Source: Chrysomallon squamiferum
Taxonomy: Eukaryota > Animalia > Mollusca
Direction of reading: 5' to 3'
Assembly (NCBI GenBank): GCA_012295275.1
Contig: CM022676.1
Coordinates: 14,942,001 to 15,006,000 of the forward strand
Length of the DNA: 64,000 nt
The notes under the pieces were generated by a model that did not search any database, was not told the origin of the DNA, and saw only the letters and a list, made by a program, of their open reading frames with translations. Numbering within the stretch: position 1 is the stretch's first letter; each line of letters starts with the position of its first letter. A program made the translations under genes and the position numbers. Below are positions 26,552 through 41,159 of this stretch, one piece after another.

Positions 26552-26765
26552 GTAAGTAAACGATCTGATCTCATTTATCTTTGTGTAAGTAAACGTCGTG
26601 ATCTCAGTTATCTTTCTGTAAGTAAACGTCCTGATCTCAGTTAACTTTGTGAATAAATGACATTATCTCATTAATTTTTGTGTATGAAAATCACGTTTTA
26701 CAAATAACGTGATCTGAGTTATATCTGTGTAACAGACGACGAGTTATCTAAGTATTAGTAAACGA
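26525..26765 (+). repeat. Short version of the 33-bp exon-end/donor minisatellite
   Basis: GTAAGT donors at 26552, 26585 and 26618 (33-bp period), then degenerate units to ~26765. Confidence 0.9.
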
Positions 26766-26792
26766 CACACACATATATACATATATATATAC

Positions 26793-26840
<48 letters not shown>

Positions 26841-27070
26841 GCATACAAATGTACAAAAACGCACAAACATACACAGAAACATGCATGAATAGACAGGCAT
26901 ACACACACAAATACACATACAAAAAGACACATATAAACACATAAATATATCCTAGCACACATATACACGCATGCACGCACATATACAAATTAAGAGAGAG
27001 GCATACACAGAGCCAAACACACATTCTGTCCTAAAAATATACACACATTTAAAATCGTTTCTTATTTCAG

Positions 27071-27265
27071 GGGAGAGCGTTGAACAATGATAAGACTTAC
27101 TGTGACTTCTGGTTTTTCAAACATCTTGAAGCAAGATGCAACATGAGAATGGATTGTCTAAGTGCGCTATTATATTTCTTTGGAACTAACGTTCAAAACA
27201 CAAGTGTTTTACCTCCTTCACCAAAGATGTGTAAAAGTATCGTTGTCCAGAGGTGCATCGTTTAA
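27071..27265 (+). CDS. Conodipine-like paralog C, coding exon 2
   Basis: Acceptor tatttcag|GGG; GRALNNDKTYCDFWFFKHLEARCNMRMDC...PSPKMCKSIVVQRCIV*. Confidence 0.85.
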   Translation, partial: GRALNNDKTYCDFWFFKHLEARCNMRMDCLSALLYFFGTNVQNTSVLPPSPKMCKSIVVQRCIV

Positions 27266-28278
27266 CCAAAGCAAATAAACGATGTTGAAGATATCCTTGA
27301 TTTTGTCGTTTCTTTCTGCCTGTAGTACTAATAGTATTACTAACTATTCTTACTGTAATTTCTACTGCTATCACTACTAGTACTAGTCTAGACATAGAAC
27401 ATTTACTTTCAATACTGAACTAATATCTACTACTAATACTATACTTGTAGTAATTACTAACACGACTTCTACAAGTAATAATACTACAATCATTGCTACT
27501 ACTAGTAATATTAGTGTTATTGCTATTACTACTACTATTCCAACGGTTACTACTACTGCATCTGCTGTTATTACTACTACTGTTACAACAATAACAACTG
27601 CTACTACTACAACTACTATTACCACTATTGTTGCTGTTCCTACTACTACTACATAGTTACATAGGTTGAAAAACTCTTATCCGAATATACAGTGATGCCT
27701 TATGGTTTAAGTTAACATTAGTTACTGTACAGAGATACAAAACAAATAAGATAACAAATATCTGCACGCTCTCTTCTATTAGTTTTATTATTATTATTAA
27801 AAAAAAATTAAAAAATCCTTATTTTAATTGTCATTGCATATTTCCTGCAAATACTAGCAAGAATTAACCGTGTTTCAAATTCTCACTGATATTCACTCTC
27901 AGTCTTCAAACAGTGATACCGACGCGTTGATTGGAAACTCGGCATTACCGCTTTTATTGGTCGTAAAAAAATCGTCAAAACCGTTCAGAAATGTTGGCCA
28001 TAAACTTTTTCTCTATAACCCTTTATTTCCATCTGCATTTTGTTATTACTTTCCTGCGCTAATAGGTGCTGAAATGCGCGATTCAATTAGCAGCCTGTGA
28101 TAAAGACGTTTGCAATGAATACAGGTGTAAATTATGAATTTCACACAGCTAAGTCCTATAATGAAAGAACAAGTCTAAAGAAATTTAATCCCAAGCATTC
28201 AGAAAGGTTTATACAGTACGATCAAATAGCCTCTTTTGCATAATTATAATAATAATAATAACAATAATAATAGTAGTA

Positions 28279-28354
<76 letters not shown>

Positions 28355-29344
28355 TAATAATAATAAATCGAAAATGAAAGTCAGAAAGAGAGAAAGAAAA
28401 TTATTTGATGATCAAAATGTTGAAGTTGATGACGACGGTAGTAATTCCGTAGGTGTTCAATCATTACTGTAATTACCCTCACACCTATACTACTACTACT
28501 GCTACTACCACCACCACCACTACTACTACAGTGACTGTTATTACTAAAACCTCTGCTACTATTACAGTGATTTTTATTATTGACACCTCTACTACTACTA
28601 CTAGTACAACTACAACAACCACTACTACTACTACTTCATTAACAGTTATTACTGACAACTGTTCTACTACTGTTGAGACTACCACCGCTACTACTACTAC
28701 TTCTACTACAACCACCTTCACTACTGTCACTACTACTTTACAACAATGACTATTATTACTACTCATTTTACTATTACTTTGGTATTTCTGGTATCAGTTA
28801 TCACAATTTTGCTTCTTTATTGTTCTTTCTTTCTTATCTTGTTCTACTCCGTCTATACAAGTTAACTACCGTTACGCAAGTTCCGTCTGCGATAGAAACT
28901 CAAATGAAAGTTGATGTTACCTCACGTTTCGTGGGTGACACTAATTCCCGCTCTGTCATGTGACGTGATTGTGACGTCACGGAGCCAGGCGACACTGCGA
29001 CTGGCGGATGACAAAGAGTTAATTATTTCATGCTGGATTATCTTGTCAGAATTAACACTGACGTGTCTCTTATCTGATTATCGTGTCACAGTCGGCAATT
29101 AGAATGACAGCAAGCTTTAAAGTGAATAGATTTTAAAACTACCAAATACTGAGTTTGAATAAATGGTTTTATTTAATTATTATTAGTTGTTATAGTAGTA
29201 GTAGTAGCAGCAGTAATATTAGTAATAGTAATAATAGCAGTAATAGTAGTAACAGTAATAGAAACTGCAGCAGCAGTAGTAGTAGCGTTAGTAGTAGTAT
29301 TGCTTATTGTATATGCGTGTTTTTATGGACACACATAGGGAGAG

Positions 29345-29497
<153 letters not shown>

Positions 29498-29884
29498 TTA
29501 AAATATGTGTATATGTGTGGGTGTGTATAACCAAAAATAAATTTAAAGTTTCAATGAAAGAACGAATAAAATAAATAAATAAATAAACACTATATTTGTA
29601 TATTCAGTATTCAGTGTCTACGAAATACAGTCATAAATTAGTCATTACCGTCACGACTTCTAGCCACAACTGGTGCGACAATTATTTTTTATATATATTT
29701 TTTTACTTTGAACCATCATTCCAGAATAATAAATTCAGTTTTAGCTTTTTCATTGTCAAACATTTGATCTAGCATTTTCTATTTATTTATACACCTCTCT
29801 CTCCCACAACTGGTGCGAATACGTTCCTGAATAATAAATTCAGTTTTAACTTTTCTAGTGTTCAGACTGTAAAGCATCCGAACT

Positions 29885-29925
<41 letters not shown>

Positions 29926-29986
29926 GCACATACACACAGCCACTCACACAAAAACAAACACACACATACACACACACACTCACACA

Positions 29987-30027
<41 letters not shown>

Positions 30028-30425
30028 TCTCTCTCTCTTTCTCTCTTTCTTTCTGTATCTCTCTACCGAATACAAATACAAAAAAAGTAGGAATGAAAGA
30101 AAAATGTATAACATTCTTTATTAGTAAAAAGTACTATTGTATACAATAATTATTTTGATACTTTTCTTTAGTATTTACTGTATGCAGTACAATAAATGAA
30201 TAAACATGTTTTGCAAATTTCTGATATAATTGTAGATGATGCCGGTAGTTGCCAATCGATAAAATAATAATAATGTAATATGATGATAAATGACGTTTTA
30301 TAAAAATTGACATTCCTGTATACAAGATACTTGATTAAAACAAAATATTAAACTTTATAAACGAATATCCCTTCTGATAAAAGGAGAAAAGTACGTTTTT
30401 ACTTGATATTTATTAACTAGATACA

Positions 30426-30491
<66 letters not shown>

Positions 30492-30561
30492 CACAATAAC
30501 AAGAGAACAAGTATGTAAGAAAGTTTTGAAAAATGTGTACGTAATAAAAAGTTGATAACAT

Positions 30562-32076
30562 TTATCCAAACAAGAGTTGTCGTTCATGGTAATTATTGAT
30601 GATTAAATCCGACAGAAGGCGATTGTTACTAGCACGTGATTTGTAGATATCGACAGAATCGAAATTTCGAGATTTTGCAATTTTGTTAGAATGGAACGAT
30701 TTTCTAGTCCGGATGTCGCAAACATCTGCCGAGTACGCATGCGTGTATTCATACTCTTCTGCGTCGTGCGTTGCCTGTTGATCTGAATGTGTCCTGTTAC
30801 TCGTGTTACTGAGCTGTTCAATCGAATCAGTCTGCAGGTCAGTTACAGAACAAGAAAGCCTGCACAGAGAAGTATTTTCTTCCACGCTGTTGTGTTTGTC
30901 CGTGTGTGCTTCTGTCATAAGTGAACTAGTTTTAGATTTGCACCGTCCTGAGTTCAAATCTCTCACCTGTCTACGAGATTTTGTTTTCGGAACGGCAGTG
31001 CTGTGATGCTTGTGCTTCGGGATCGAAACTGTGAGAGGAACTTTAGAGCGGTTTGAGTCGCTGACAGTCTGTTTGTGATGAGACGAACGTGAAATGTTTT
31101 GTCTGAGCCGCTGTTCACCTCGGCTCGACTTTTCACTGAGGCCTGCACACGAAAGTGAAGCACACTGAGAACAGGGTGTGTCGCTGTAACGAGTCTGGTC
31201 CGCGCGGCTGTGTCTGACACACGTCCTGCACGTGCCAGCCAGTTTGACAAGATCGCATTTCCACGTTTTGCTCATCCGAAATTCAGTCTCGTAGTAACCG
31301 CTACTGTTCTCCGATTCGGAATAGTCCGCCAGAGCGCCTTCGTCATCGGAATAGGTTTTAGACACCAAGTGACATCCTTGTATCTGTGACGTCATAGAGA
31401 GACTAGAGACAGTCGTCATGGATTCGCTGTCAGATTCCTCGTTGACTGGCGTCACCTGTTGGATTATCTCCCTTATTTTGCACTTGTGGGCTAAGTTTTG
31501 CTCAATTCTCGCTAACTGCAACTCGTAATTCGTCGGATCTCCGTCGCTGGAGGTGCTGACGTCATACTCGCAGCCCGTGTCGCTGCTCGCCAACAAGCTG
31601 TAGTCTCCGCAGTGTATCGGTCGATGTTCTCCCGTTTCCGCAAAACTGTCTGAACTTAAGTGACTAACGTCCACTGGACAGCACCGCTGTGAATCCGACA
31701 AGTCGTAAGTGAGATCCACGCCACTCGAACTTGTTTCCGTGTTGCCGGACATGGACGAATTACGCCGACCAGTCAGAGCACAGGCGAAAACCGACGAAGC
31801 ACGAGATCGGACTGTTGTCTCTGCGTCACTTCTCGCACGGACATCAGGCTCGGGTATGTTTACAACCATGTAAGGTCCGTCCTGGCTTTGAAACTCTCCC
31901 TTGAAATCACCGTTTCTCCGTGGCTCCCGATCACACTGAAAATGCAGATCGGAAATCTCCTCATAAATGTGGTAGTCCTTTGAGCCGAGATTCTCCTCGT
32001 TGAATCCGTACTCGCTGTCTGGCGGCTTGGAAGCAGGCGTCTTCTGCCTTCGCCTTCCTTTCAACCATCGAAACAT
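30562..32076 (-). CDS. Uncharacterised Ser-rich, probably disordered protein (504 aa) with tyrosine motifs, paralog 1
   Basis: 1.5-kb uninterrupted GC-richer ORF; ATG at 32076 (the track starts at an upstream TTG); acceptor ttcttcag at 32131-32129 and candidate donor CAG|GTATGA at 33193 imply a 5' UTR intron; shares collinear motifs with 55336-56871. Confidence 0.9.
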   Translation of the reverse strand: MFRWLKGRRRQKTPASKPPDSEYGFNEENLGSKDYHIYEEISDLHFQCDREPRRNGDFKGEFQSQDGPYMVVNIPEPDVRARSDAETTVRSRASSVFACALTGRRNSSMSGNTETSSSGVDLTYDLSDSQRCCPVDVSHLSSDSFAETGEHRPIHCGDYSLLASSDTGCEYDVSTSSDGDPTNYELQLARIEQNLAHKCKIREIIQQVTPVNEESDSESMTTVSSLSMTSQIQGCHLVSKTYSDDEGALADYSESENSSGYYETEFRMSKTWKCDLVKLAGTCRTCVRHSRADQTRYSDTPCSQCASLSCAGLSEKSSRGEQRLRQNISRSSHHKQTVSDSNRSKVPLTVSIPKHKHHSTAVPKTKSRRQVRDLNSGRCKSKTSSLMTEAHTDKHNSVEENTSLCRLSCSVTDLQTDSIEQLSNTSNRTHSDQQATHDAEEYEYTHAYSADVCDIRTRKSFHSNKIAKSRNFDSVDIYKSRASNNRLLSDLIINNYHERQLLFG

Positions 32077-32182
32077 CCTCAACTCTCGCGACGATCTGGC
32101 AGTTAACAGTCAACAGCTGCGTTCAGTCCTGAAGAAAAATATAAAATAAATAAATAAATAAATAAATGATACGTCGACTACG

Positions 32183-32231
<49 letters not shown>

Positions 32232-32729
32232 ATAATAATAATGATAATAGTATAAATAATAAGAAGAAATTTAGAAAAGGAAAAAGAAAATAAAATGTCA
32301 ATCATGCACGTGGTACACAGAACATCTGATAAATTGTAAGAAGACATCGATGCAGAGAGTGAGAGAATAAAATAAAATTAAAATAAATAAATAAATAACA
32401 AAACTGCTACTACTACTACTATTAATACTAATACTACTACTAATAATAATAAAAATAAAATTAAAATTAAAAACAGTAAAAAGATATCACGTTAGCTGTC
32501 ATGTTTTCTCTGTTTAACGAATCCATGATTTTTATATCTCGCTCATTGACGATGAGTGTTTGTAGTAACAGTAAGAGCGAAAAAAACTAAAGTTTAATAC
32601 CAGTACATAATTATTTTAATATTGATAAAACATTTATTTCATTGAGCGTAAACCTAATTTTATTTTATTTTGTTATTTTACTTCATTTTATTTTACCTAC
32701 TTCTGTTTTATCTTACATTACATTAATTT

Positions 32730-33020
32730 TCATTACATTATATTATGTTTTATTATATTATATTATATTATATTATATTATATTATATTATATTATATTA
32801 TGTTATATTATGTTATGTCATATGATATTACAATATTATATTATTATATTACTCTGCGTTATAGTATATTGTATTATATTGCATTATATTATACTATATC
32901 GTATTATGTTGCATTATGTTATGTTATGTCATATATCATCTCATATTAGATTATATTACATTATATATTTATATTATATTAGATTATATATCTATATTAT
33001 ATTATATTATATTATGTTAT
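32730..33020. repeat. (TATTA)n pentanucleotide satellite, degenerate
   Basis: tattatatta/tgttatatta runs. Confidence 0.9.
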
Positions 33021-33532
33021 ATATTTCGCTACCAGCGGAAGATGATCAGCTTTGCCTCTAGGACTGAGATTACGTTTAAAAGTCTCTGTCAGATGAAAGA
33101 CACAAGTGAAATAAAACTGTGCTGTAAGGAGAAAAAAAAACACGACAAGTAAGAAGACTTGTAATTAGGTAATGTACATTTCAGTGTTCATACCTGATGT
33201 AGCATTCACTGGCCCGTGTCGAGTGTGTGGGGGTGGGTGGATGGGGGGGGGCTAATGCGTAAATTTGCACATAGAAATAGCAGAACACGTTTGAGTGAAA
33301 CCCACACGCTTGAACAACTCACTGAACTGCGCGTAAGAATGACAGACAAACAGACAGATAGATGCTGAGCAAGTGTGTTCTGATGTGATAGATTACATGA
33401 GAGTGTATATATACAGATACATAATATGTGCATTCATACATACATACATGCATACATACACACATGCATTTTATACGTACGTACATACATGCATACAAAG
33501 AGAGAGAAAGAGAGAGGCAGAGAATGGTGAGA

Positions 33533-33629
<97 letters not shown>

Positions 33630-33726
33630 AGGTACAAACGTGACAATGACCTAACAAAAATCAAATTCAAAATGTTTAACATTCATAAATCAAATAAAAT
33701 GTAATACCTCTGAGTAACTCATTAAC

Positions 33727-33771
<45 letters not shown>

Positions 33772-34620
33772 TAATAATAATAAACGTTGGATGTGTGTAG
33801 TTTTACGGTCCAGAGAGTTGGTTGAAAGGACTGTTGTCAATGAATGAAAGTTTTGTTTGGGAAACTACGTAGAGATCCCAAAGGAAAGGAAAACGTGGGA
33901 TATAGAACGACAGTTTTGTTAGACAATTACTCCACAGCAATAAAAAACAGATTAAAACGTCGATGTTGAGAAAGTAGACATCAGACACAATGCGACTTTT
34001 ATCACAAATTAATCATCCAGAAAGTCCTTACACTGAGAAAAAAAAGGTTATGAACACAGCTGTGAAGAACATGCAGCACAGAACATCATGGAGCATAGAA
34101 CCTAACGGAATAGAGAACAACATCAAACACAGAGAAAAAAAAAAAAAATTAGAACAATGAGGAACACAGAACACGACGGAAACCTCTGATAAATAAATAA
34201 AATTTAAATTAAAATTAAAAAAAAAAATTAAAAAAAATATCGAGGATCCAAGGTCGCCATTTTTGGGTGAAATGCGAGCTGGCGACCAATCTGAAAGTGG
34301 TCACTGAAAATAACACGACTCGCCGAGTCCAGACTTCGCTGCTGTTCTCTGGCGTTCACCAGCCGCTCGGTTTCTGTACCCATTGTCGCGTTGTCGCGTT
34401 GTCCTGTTGTAGTGTTGCTTGTTGTCTATTGACAGAGGCAACATAATAGTTTGTAAAAGTAGCTGTCTGAGCTGCCGGGAAATGTCGTAAGTGTCTTTGG
34501 GGTCAAGGGTCAGGATAACACATTCCATTGATGTTTACAGTTGTCTCGTTCTCTCGCTCGCTCGCTTTTTCTCTACATCTCTGTTTCTACCTTTATTTTA
34601 TTTTCATATATTCGAAGTGC

Positions 34621-34679
<59 letters not shown>

Positions 34680-34825
34680 TTTTTTTTTTCTTGAAGTGAT
34701 AGTAAAGATTTGCTTTTCAATATTTTAAATCACATCACATAGTAGAATTAAGTCTTGCTAAACTGTGTCTAACCACAAATAACAATACCACCAGCAACCA
34801 TGCCTCTACTAAAACAACAACAACA

Positions 34826-34881
<56 letters not shown>

Positions 34882-35255
34882 CAAAGCGAAAATAACTGTA
34901 GATGAATTTACGTGGAAGGTTGCAGTGAGTCACGCGGTGTGACGGCTTCTTTAGGTGATGTAAATTCGCTGTTTGTTATTTTAAAACTGATGAAAGGAGA
35001 ACGCGACAGGAGACAGTTTGTTTTGTACCTGGTGACACAGCTTGCCTGATAATAGCACGGCCCGTTACATATATTTACATTTTTTATATATACATGTATA
35101 AAAGAAAGACACGGAGGAGGGGAATAAGAAAGGAAAAAAGAAAAGGAAGAAAGAAAACAAAGAATGAATGAATGAATGAAAGAAAGAAGGACACATTTAT
35201 CTTGATATCTAAAAAAAAAAAGAAAGTAGCAGAAATGTATGTATGTGTATATCTA

Positions 35256-35314
<59 letters not shown>

Positions 35315-35691
35315 ATCTATATATATATATCGAGTGTGCTTGCGCCTATGGCGTGCATACGTGTGCATGGTTGTGGCCGAGTGACAGAGAGAAAAGAGGT
35401 AAAACTTACAACGTGAAGACGAGTGCGCTCTGTTTAACAATGAACCGCTATTAGACACATCACATTAGCTCAAATCCAACATCTGACAACCGCCGAGTCG
35501 ATTCTTGACCTGCGGTCAGCGAGGGACGCGCCCCGGTTGGTTCAAACGTCCCATAAATCCCCTCCCAGCTTTTGTCAAACGAATCTGAGTAATTTATAAC
35601 AGCTACTTGCAGCGCGGTCCAGATTCGTCACATTCTTCTGAGCGACTTCAGTTTGCTGGCTCCATAGAAAGGTTAGAACCCGGCTCTTCTG

Positions 35692-35765
35692 GGCGTTAAA
35701 TGGCAGCTTATTGTGGCGTTAAATAACAGCTTATTGCGGCGTTAAATGACAGCTTATGAAGGCGT
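35692..35765 (+). repeat. 23-bp tandem repeat x3
   Basis: ggcgttaaatrrcagcttattgy at 35692, 35715, 35738, partial at 35761. Confidence 0.9.
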
Positions 35766-35937
35766 CAGTTCCATCGCTGTGGAGCCGCGGTAAGGCGTCG
35801 AAACGAGAATCAAGACTTTTTAATCTGATTTTAACGACCGGCATCTGGAAATAATTCGGCTTCTCATTTGCGTATATCTAATGCAGTACAGTATTTATTT
35901 TCTTATTTATGTATAATTTGTGTGGGTTTTTTATTAC

Positions 35938-36007
<70 letters not shown>

Positions 36008-37193
36008 TTGTGTGTGTGTGTGTGTCTTCTGACCATATTTACATTGGAATTTGGTAGTTGAAAAAAAAGAATAAAAAAAAAAAAAAGTAATAATAACAAC
36101 AACAACAAAAACAACATAAATAAATAAATAAATAGACAAATAAATAAATAAAAGAAAGAAAAAGAAGAAGAAAAAGAATAGTCAAATTAGTAGTATTAGT
36201 AGCAGTAACAATAACAGATATGTATAACTCACCTTTTAGTACACAAATATCGACCCATACTTTAATAGTATTATGACTAAAATATATTCTTTGTTAGTCT
36301 GTTGTTGTCGTTATTGCAGTAAGAGATATATTTCTGAGATCTAACTGACTCGAAGTGAAAAACATATGCATCAGCTGACACGTACAAGTTATGACTAAAA
36401 GAAGCCCCGGGGTACATTAATTATTACAAAAATTTAACAGGTGGCTGCAAAATAACGATTAAGGTCAGCGTGTACTTTTGCGCTTTTCTATAACTGTCTT
36501 TTGGCTTTGTTTATTTATTTATTTATTTATTTATTTATTATATTTTGGTTTAATTGTTCTCTGATTGTTTGTTTGTTCAGTAGATATATCACAGGTTTTG
36601 TTTTCTTTGGTTTGCTGGCTGACAAATTATATATTTCTTGAATTATATCGATATTTTCTACTGCATTTCTTTTTTCCTATTTTTCTTCTTTTTCGTCTTC
36701 TCCTTCTTTTTTTTTCCTGCTGTTTTCAAAATAAATTACAGGTCAGGCTTCACTAGTTGCAAGGTATTACCTGTAGCTATGTTAACGACACAACCCTATT
36801 GTTGTGAGTGCTCTGTCTGCAGATAACACGAAACTGAATATTCCACTCACTAGCCGAAAAAAAATATATGTACACAATTTTTTTTTTTTTTTTTTAGTTA
36901 TTTTTAAATTATTATTTAACTGTGTTTTTTTTCATTTTCATTTTTTTGTTTTGCCATTTATTTTTGTTTGTTAATCAAATGAACTGCAATAAAATTGCCA
37001 CAGGAAAAAAAAAAAAAAAAAAAATTAAAAAAAAAAATTAAAAATTAAAAAAGTTAGAGAAGGAATAAATAAATGAAAATAAAACAAATTAAAACTAGAT
37101 TATGCTTTTAAATCGCTTAAGCAAATTTAATGAAATATATATATATATGCAGGGTATGCTGTGCGGAGTGTGTATAACGGTTGCATGATGCTT

Positions 37194-37275
<82 letters not shown>

Positions 37276-37499
37276 ACTGACTCACATGGTTATTGACTTT
37301 TTGCAGCCAGATTTGTATTAGTGTAATTGTCTTGTGTAAAGAACCCCTGTCTAATTGGCAGTCACGAAACGACGCGTTGAGGTAATTATAAAGGTAGCTG
37401 CTATCAAGGCAGGTATTAATGTTAAGACTTCTCATAGCCGAGGGTGGCAATTACCCCTTGACTTATCGACTGACTGGTCAGTTCAGTGATAAGACCGCT

Positions 37500-37680
37500 G
37501 GTCAAGGTGTTGACGTCAGTTTAGACTGGCTTAAAGTCAACTGTTGACACGTACTGTTAGTGTTATAAATCGCGTGACGGTTACGCTGTATGAAACACAG
37601 TCGTGTGACGTCATCACAGTGACGCGAAAACTGTGATTGGTCACGTTTATAGAAACCAATGAGAAATTGGAGTTTCGTCG
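37500..37680. promoter_or_regulatory. Promoter/enhancer-like island (2 CREs, opposed CCAAT boxes, TATA-like)
   Basis: TGACGTCA at 37511 and 37606, ATTGG at 37636, CCAAT at 37656, TATAAA near 37564; ~5.5 kb upstream of paralog 1. Confidence 0.4.
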
Positions 37681-37690
37681 CCAAATTAAA

Positions 37691-37727
<37 letters not shown>

Positions 37728-38909
37728 TTATTTCTTTTATTGATATTACTAATACTACTATTACTAGTACTGTTTATTTATGTATTTATTTATTATTTTA
37801 TAATTATTTATTTATCTCAGTTATCTATACGAAGTAGCACGATAGTATCTTTTAGAGCCGTGTATGAATGAGGATAAGAAATCACTGGACACTGTTTAAC
37901 GACATCGACAGCGAAGATGGGAAACTAATCACAAAGAACGCGCGTTGAACGCTGACAGCAACTTTTAACACTAACAGCAAAACGTCGCCGTGTTCACTAA
38001 TTTCCTTTGATTTACGACTGTTTTCTGAAAATCGCTTATTCTGACCGGATCGTTTTGCTTTTCCTGAGTCACTTTCTGTTTAAATAAGTCACAATTAGCG
38101 AGACGTGCACGACGTGATTCATCAATAACGTCGTAGCAGTCGTGTATACAAGCGGAACTGGTCGCAGGTGACATCCGCACGTGCATATCGCGAGATCTCG
38201 TGTGTCATGGCAGAGGACTATATTTGAATTTTTCCGTTATTCTGAAACCTTTTGTATTCTTATCATATTGTTTCGTATTCATCACATTTATAAGAAAAAT
38301 ATGGATTTTTGTGTGTGTGCTGCAGTACACACTAGCATGTCGATTTCAGTATAAAAACTTAGATATTTTTCTTGATAACTGTATATTGTTCTTTTAATCG
38401 TAAACTTGTCTGTATATTGATATATTCATCTGTCTCATTATTATTTTTTTTTTTTTTTTTTTTTTGTTATGCATGATTGTTTATTTTTCTACCTATCCGC
38501 CTTTCAGTCTGTCTGATTAAAAACATATGGTATATATACGTGTATAGAATACACACACACACACACAGACACACACACATAAACACACATATATATTGTA
38601 TATATTATATGCATCTATATCTACATATCTATCTATCAATTTGTCTGTCTGTCTGTCAGAGTGTAAGTATGTATGTATAACAGTTTTCTCGTCTCTAATA
38701 TTCATTTCATTACTTTTTTATTTATGTATCTGATAGCTTAAATGTCGCAAGTTTAGCATATACATTATAATGTGTGGTAACATCCTTTAAAGGTTGTATT
38801 CAAATCTCAGGTACATTTGTTACCATTATTTATTTAACTGACTTTATTTTACTATATTTTTATTTTATTTTATTTATTTATTTATTTATTTATTTATTAA
38901 TTATTATTA

Positions 38910-38992
<83 letters not shown>

Positions 38993-39596
38993 CACATCAG
39001 TAACTTTATTAGTCAGTAATATAAAACCGTTTCTTTGCCTTTCCTTCTATTTTTTGTTCTGCTTTATTATTAACATTATTTTATTAAAATTAGTGTTTTG
39101 TATAATATGTACATGCAAACATACAATATTACTATTTCATTAACAACCTCAGCTGCCACCTTTTTTGCTTTTCTGTATTTGTACCATCGTAAACATAGGT
39201 TTAATATTATTTGTTTAGTATTTCTTTATTATTTCGGTTTTCTTTATGTTATTAGCTTGTTGGTTTATCTGAATTACAATCAGAACTATATCATTAGCTT
39301 CAAAATGAAAACTACTTGATGATTAGTTACGCACAGTTGAAGACACAAACGTGTATCTGTGTATTACTCAGCACACAAACAGACAACTGATACTCCTGTT
39401 GTTTAATGAGTCGTGGGCTACACCAATAAACTTGTTTACAACAAGTGTCACCTCTTACACAGTCAGTGTCATTCGCTGTAAGTCAAACCGTGGATTAAAT
39501 TTAATAATTTATACCAGTTTGTACAGTTAATGCTCTTATTAATCAACTTACAGTTTATCACCACTACTACTACTACTACCACCACTACTACTACTA

Positions 39597-39665
<69 letters not shown>

Positions 39666-39981
39666 TTTCTACCACTACTACTACTACTACTATTACTGAT
39701 TCTGTTTGTGATACTGCTGCTTCTAATATTACTCGTATCACAAATACTACTACTAAAATTACGACTACTTCTCCTACTGCTACTATTATTATTACTACTA
39801 CTACTGCCGTTACATACAACAACATCCTCATCGTTACTATAATCAACATCATTATACCAGTATAAAAAAAAACAGAAACAATAACACCAAGAACTACAAC
39901 GATAACAACAGTAGCAGCAGCAACAATAAAAAATAAAATAAATAAAAATAAATAAAACTACTAAATGACACTACTACTACA

Positions 39982-40013
<32 letters not shown>

Positions 40014-40344
40014 CAACAGCAATAATAGCAGTACTTGTAATCACGTGATCATGTTCTGTCAGCTATCTTAACACAAAAAGATGGTGTTCTGAAATTGTCT
40101 CAGTTCAAAGTTATTAAAAAAAAAAAAAAAAAGGATGAAGAAAAAAAATATCCAGTGTATCTTTACAAACGATAAAAAGTAGTTGACGTCGCAAGTGATA
40201 CAAAGACAACGTCATGACCCGTGTCCGTCGGTGTAATTGTACTCCGCCTGGTGGCGCTGATGATTGCACGCGAGAGTGGCGTCGCTTTTATCTGCCAGAC
40301 ACATCAATTCAGCGCACACAGAGAGAAGCTTCTAATCTGTTTTG

Positions 40345-40405
40345 TAACGTGAAATCTACAAACCGTGACATTAACGTGAAATCTACAAACCGTGTAACGT
40401 GAAAT
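40345..40405 (+). repeat. Short tandem repeat of taacgtgaaatctacaaaccgtg (~2.5 copies)
   Basis: Directly visible. Confidence 0.85.
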
Positions 40406-40524
40406 GAACAAAACAGTCCGAGACGCAATAAAATAGTTTTAATACTTTCGAGAAAATGTTCACTTTTCCTCTCATCTTCCCTCTAGCTCTCTGCCCCTCT
40501 CTCTCCATCGTTTCTCTCTCCATC

Positions 40525-40625
<101 letters not shown>

Positions 40626-40917
40626 CCGTCTGTCTGACTGTCTGTTTGTCTCTGTCTCTGTTTCTGTCTCTTTATCTCCAGCAGTCTATTCTTCTGTTTC
40701 TTTCTACCATAACATATTGATAATGAAAACAAGGATAAAGTACAGATAAGAGGTTTGTAACCTAAAACTGTTTCTGTCTGATTTCACGGCTTGTCGTTTT
40801 ATAAGTACACTAGAACGTCCACATCATTAACACAACGACACAACTGCCACAGTTTCATCTTGTAATTCTACTACCGTGAAAATACGATTAATCGTATAGA
40901 ATATTTAAAATATAGAG

Positions 40918-40998
<81 letters not shown>

Positions 40999-41121
40999 GA
41001 TATTTTAAATCGAGACATCTAACAGATAAGAAAGAAGGTAAATAAAACTAACTTTAAATGGATGAATACATCAAAAGTGAATTTGAATTAATATTTGAAT
41101 TATTATTATTATTATTATTAT

Positions 41122-41159
<38 letters not shown>

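Larger units (their letters stand above)
25455..28050 (+). repeat. Tandem segmental duplication unit 2 (contains paralog C)
   Basis: Collinear, highly similar copy of 21710-25410 with a much shorter minisatellite. Confidence 0.9.

Noticed and set aside
28453-28766. Thr-rich mucin-like ORFs here and at 39530-39865 and 41748-41945
   Set aside because: They are (ACT)n/(ACC)n microsatellite translations with no signal peptide or convincing splice sites.
29657-29860. Local direct duplication (ccacaactggtgcga...aataataaattcagtttta)
   Set aside because: Short imperfect duplication in the 3' flank with no sign of function.
30562-32076. Assignment of the disordered proteins to Dact/Dapper (SSGFYE-like motif) or the Bearded family (basic amphipathic N-terminus)
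   Set aside because: No C-terminal PDZ-binding MTTV, no clear Dact leucine zipper, no NxxNExL motif, and the size does not fit Bearded; no gene symbol given.
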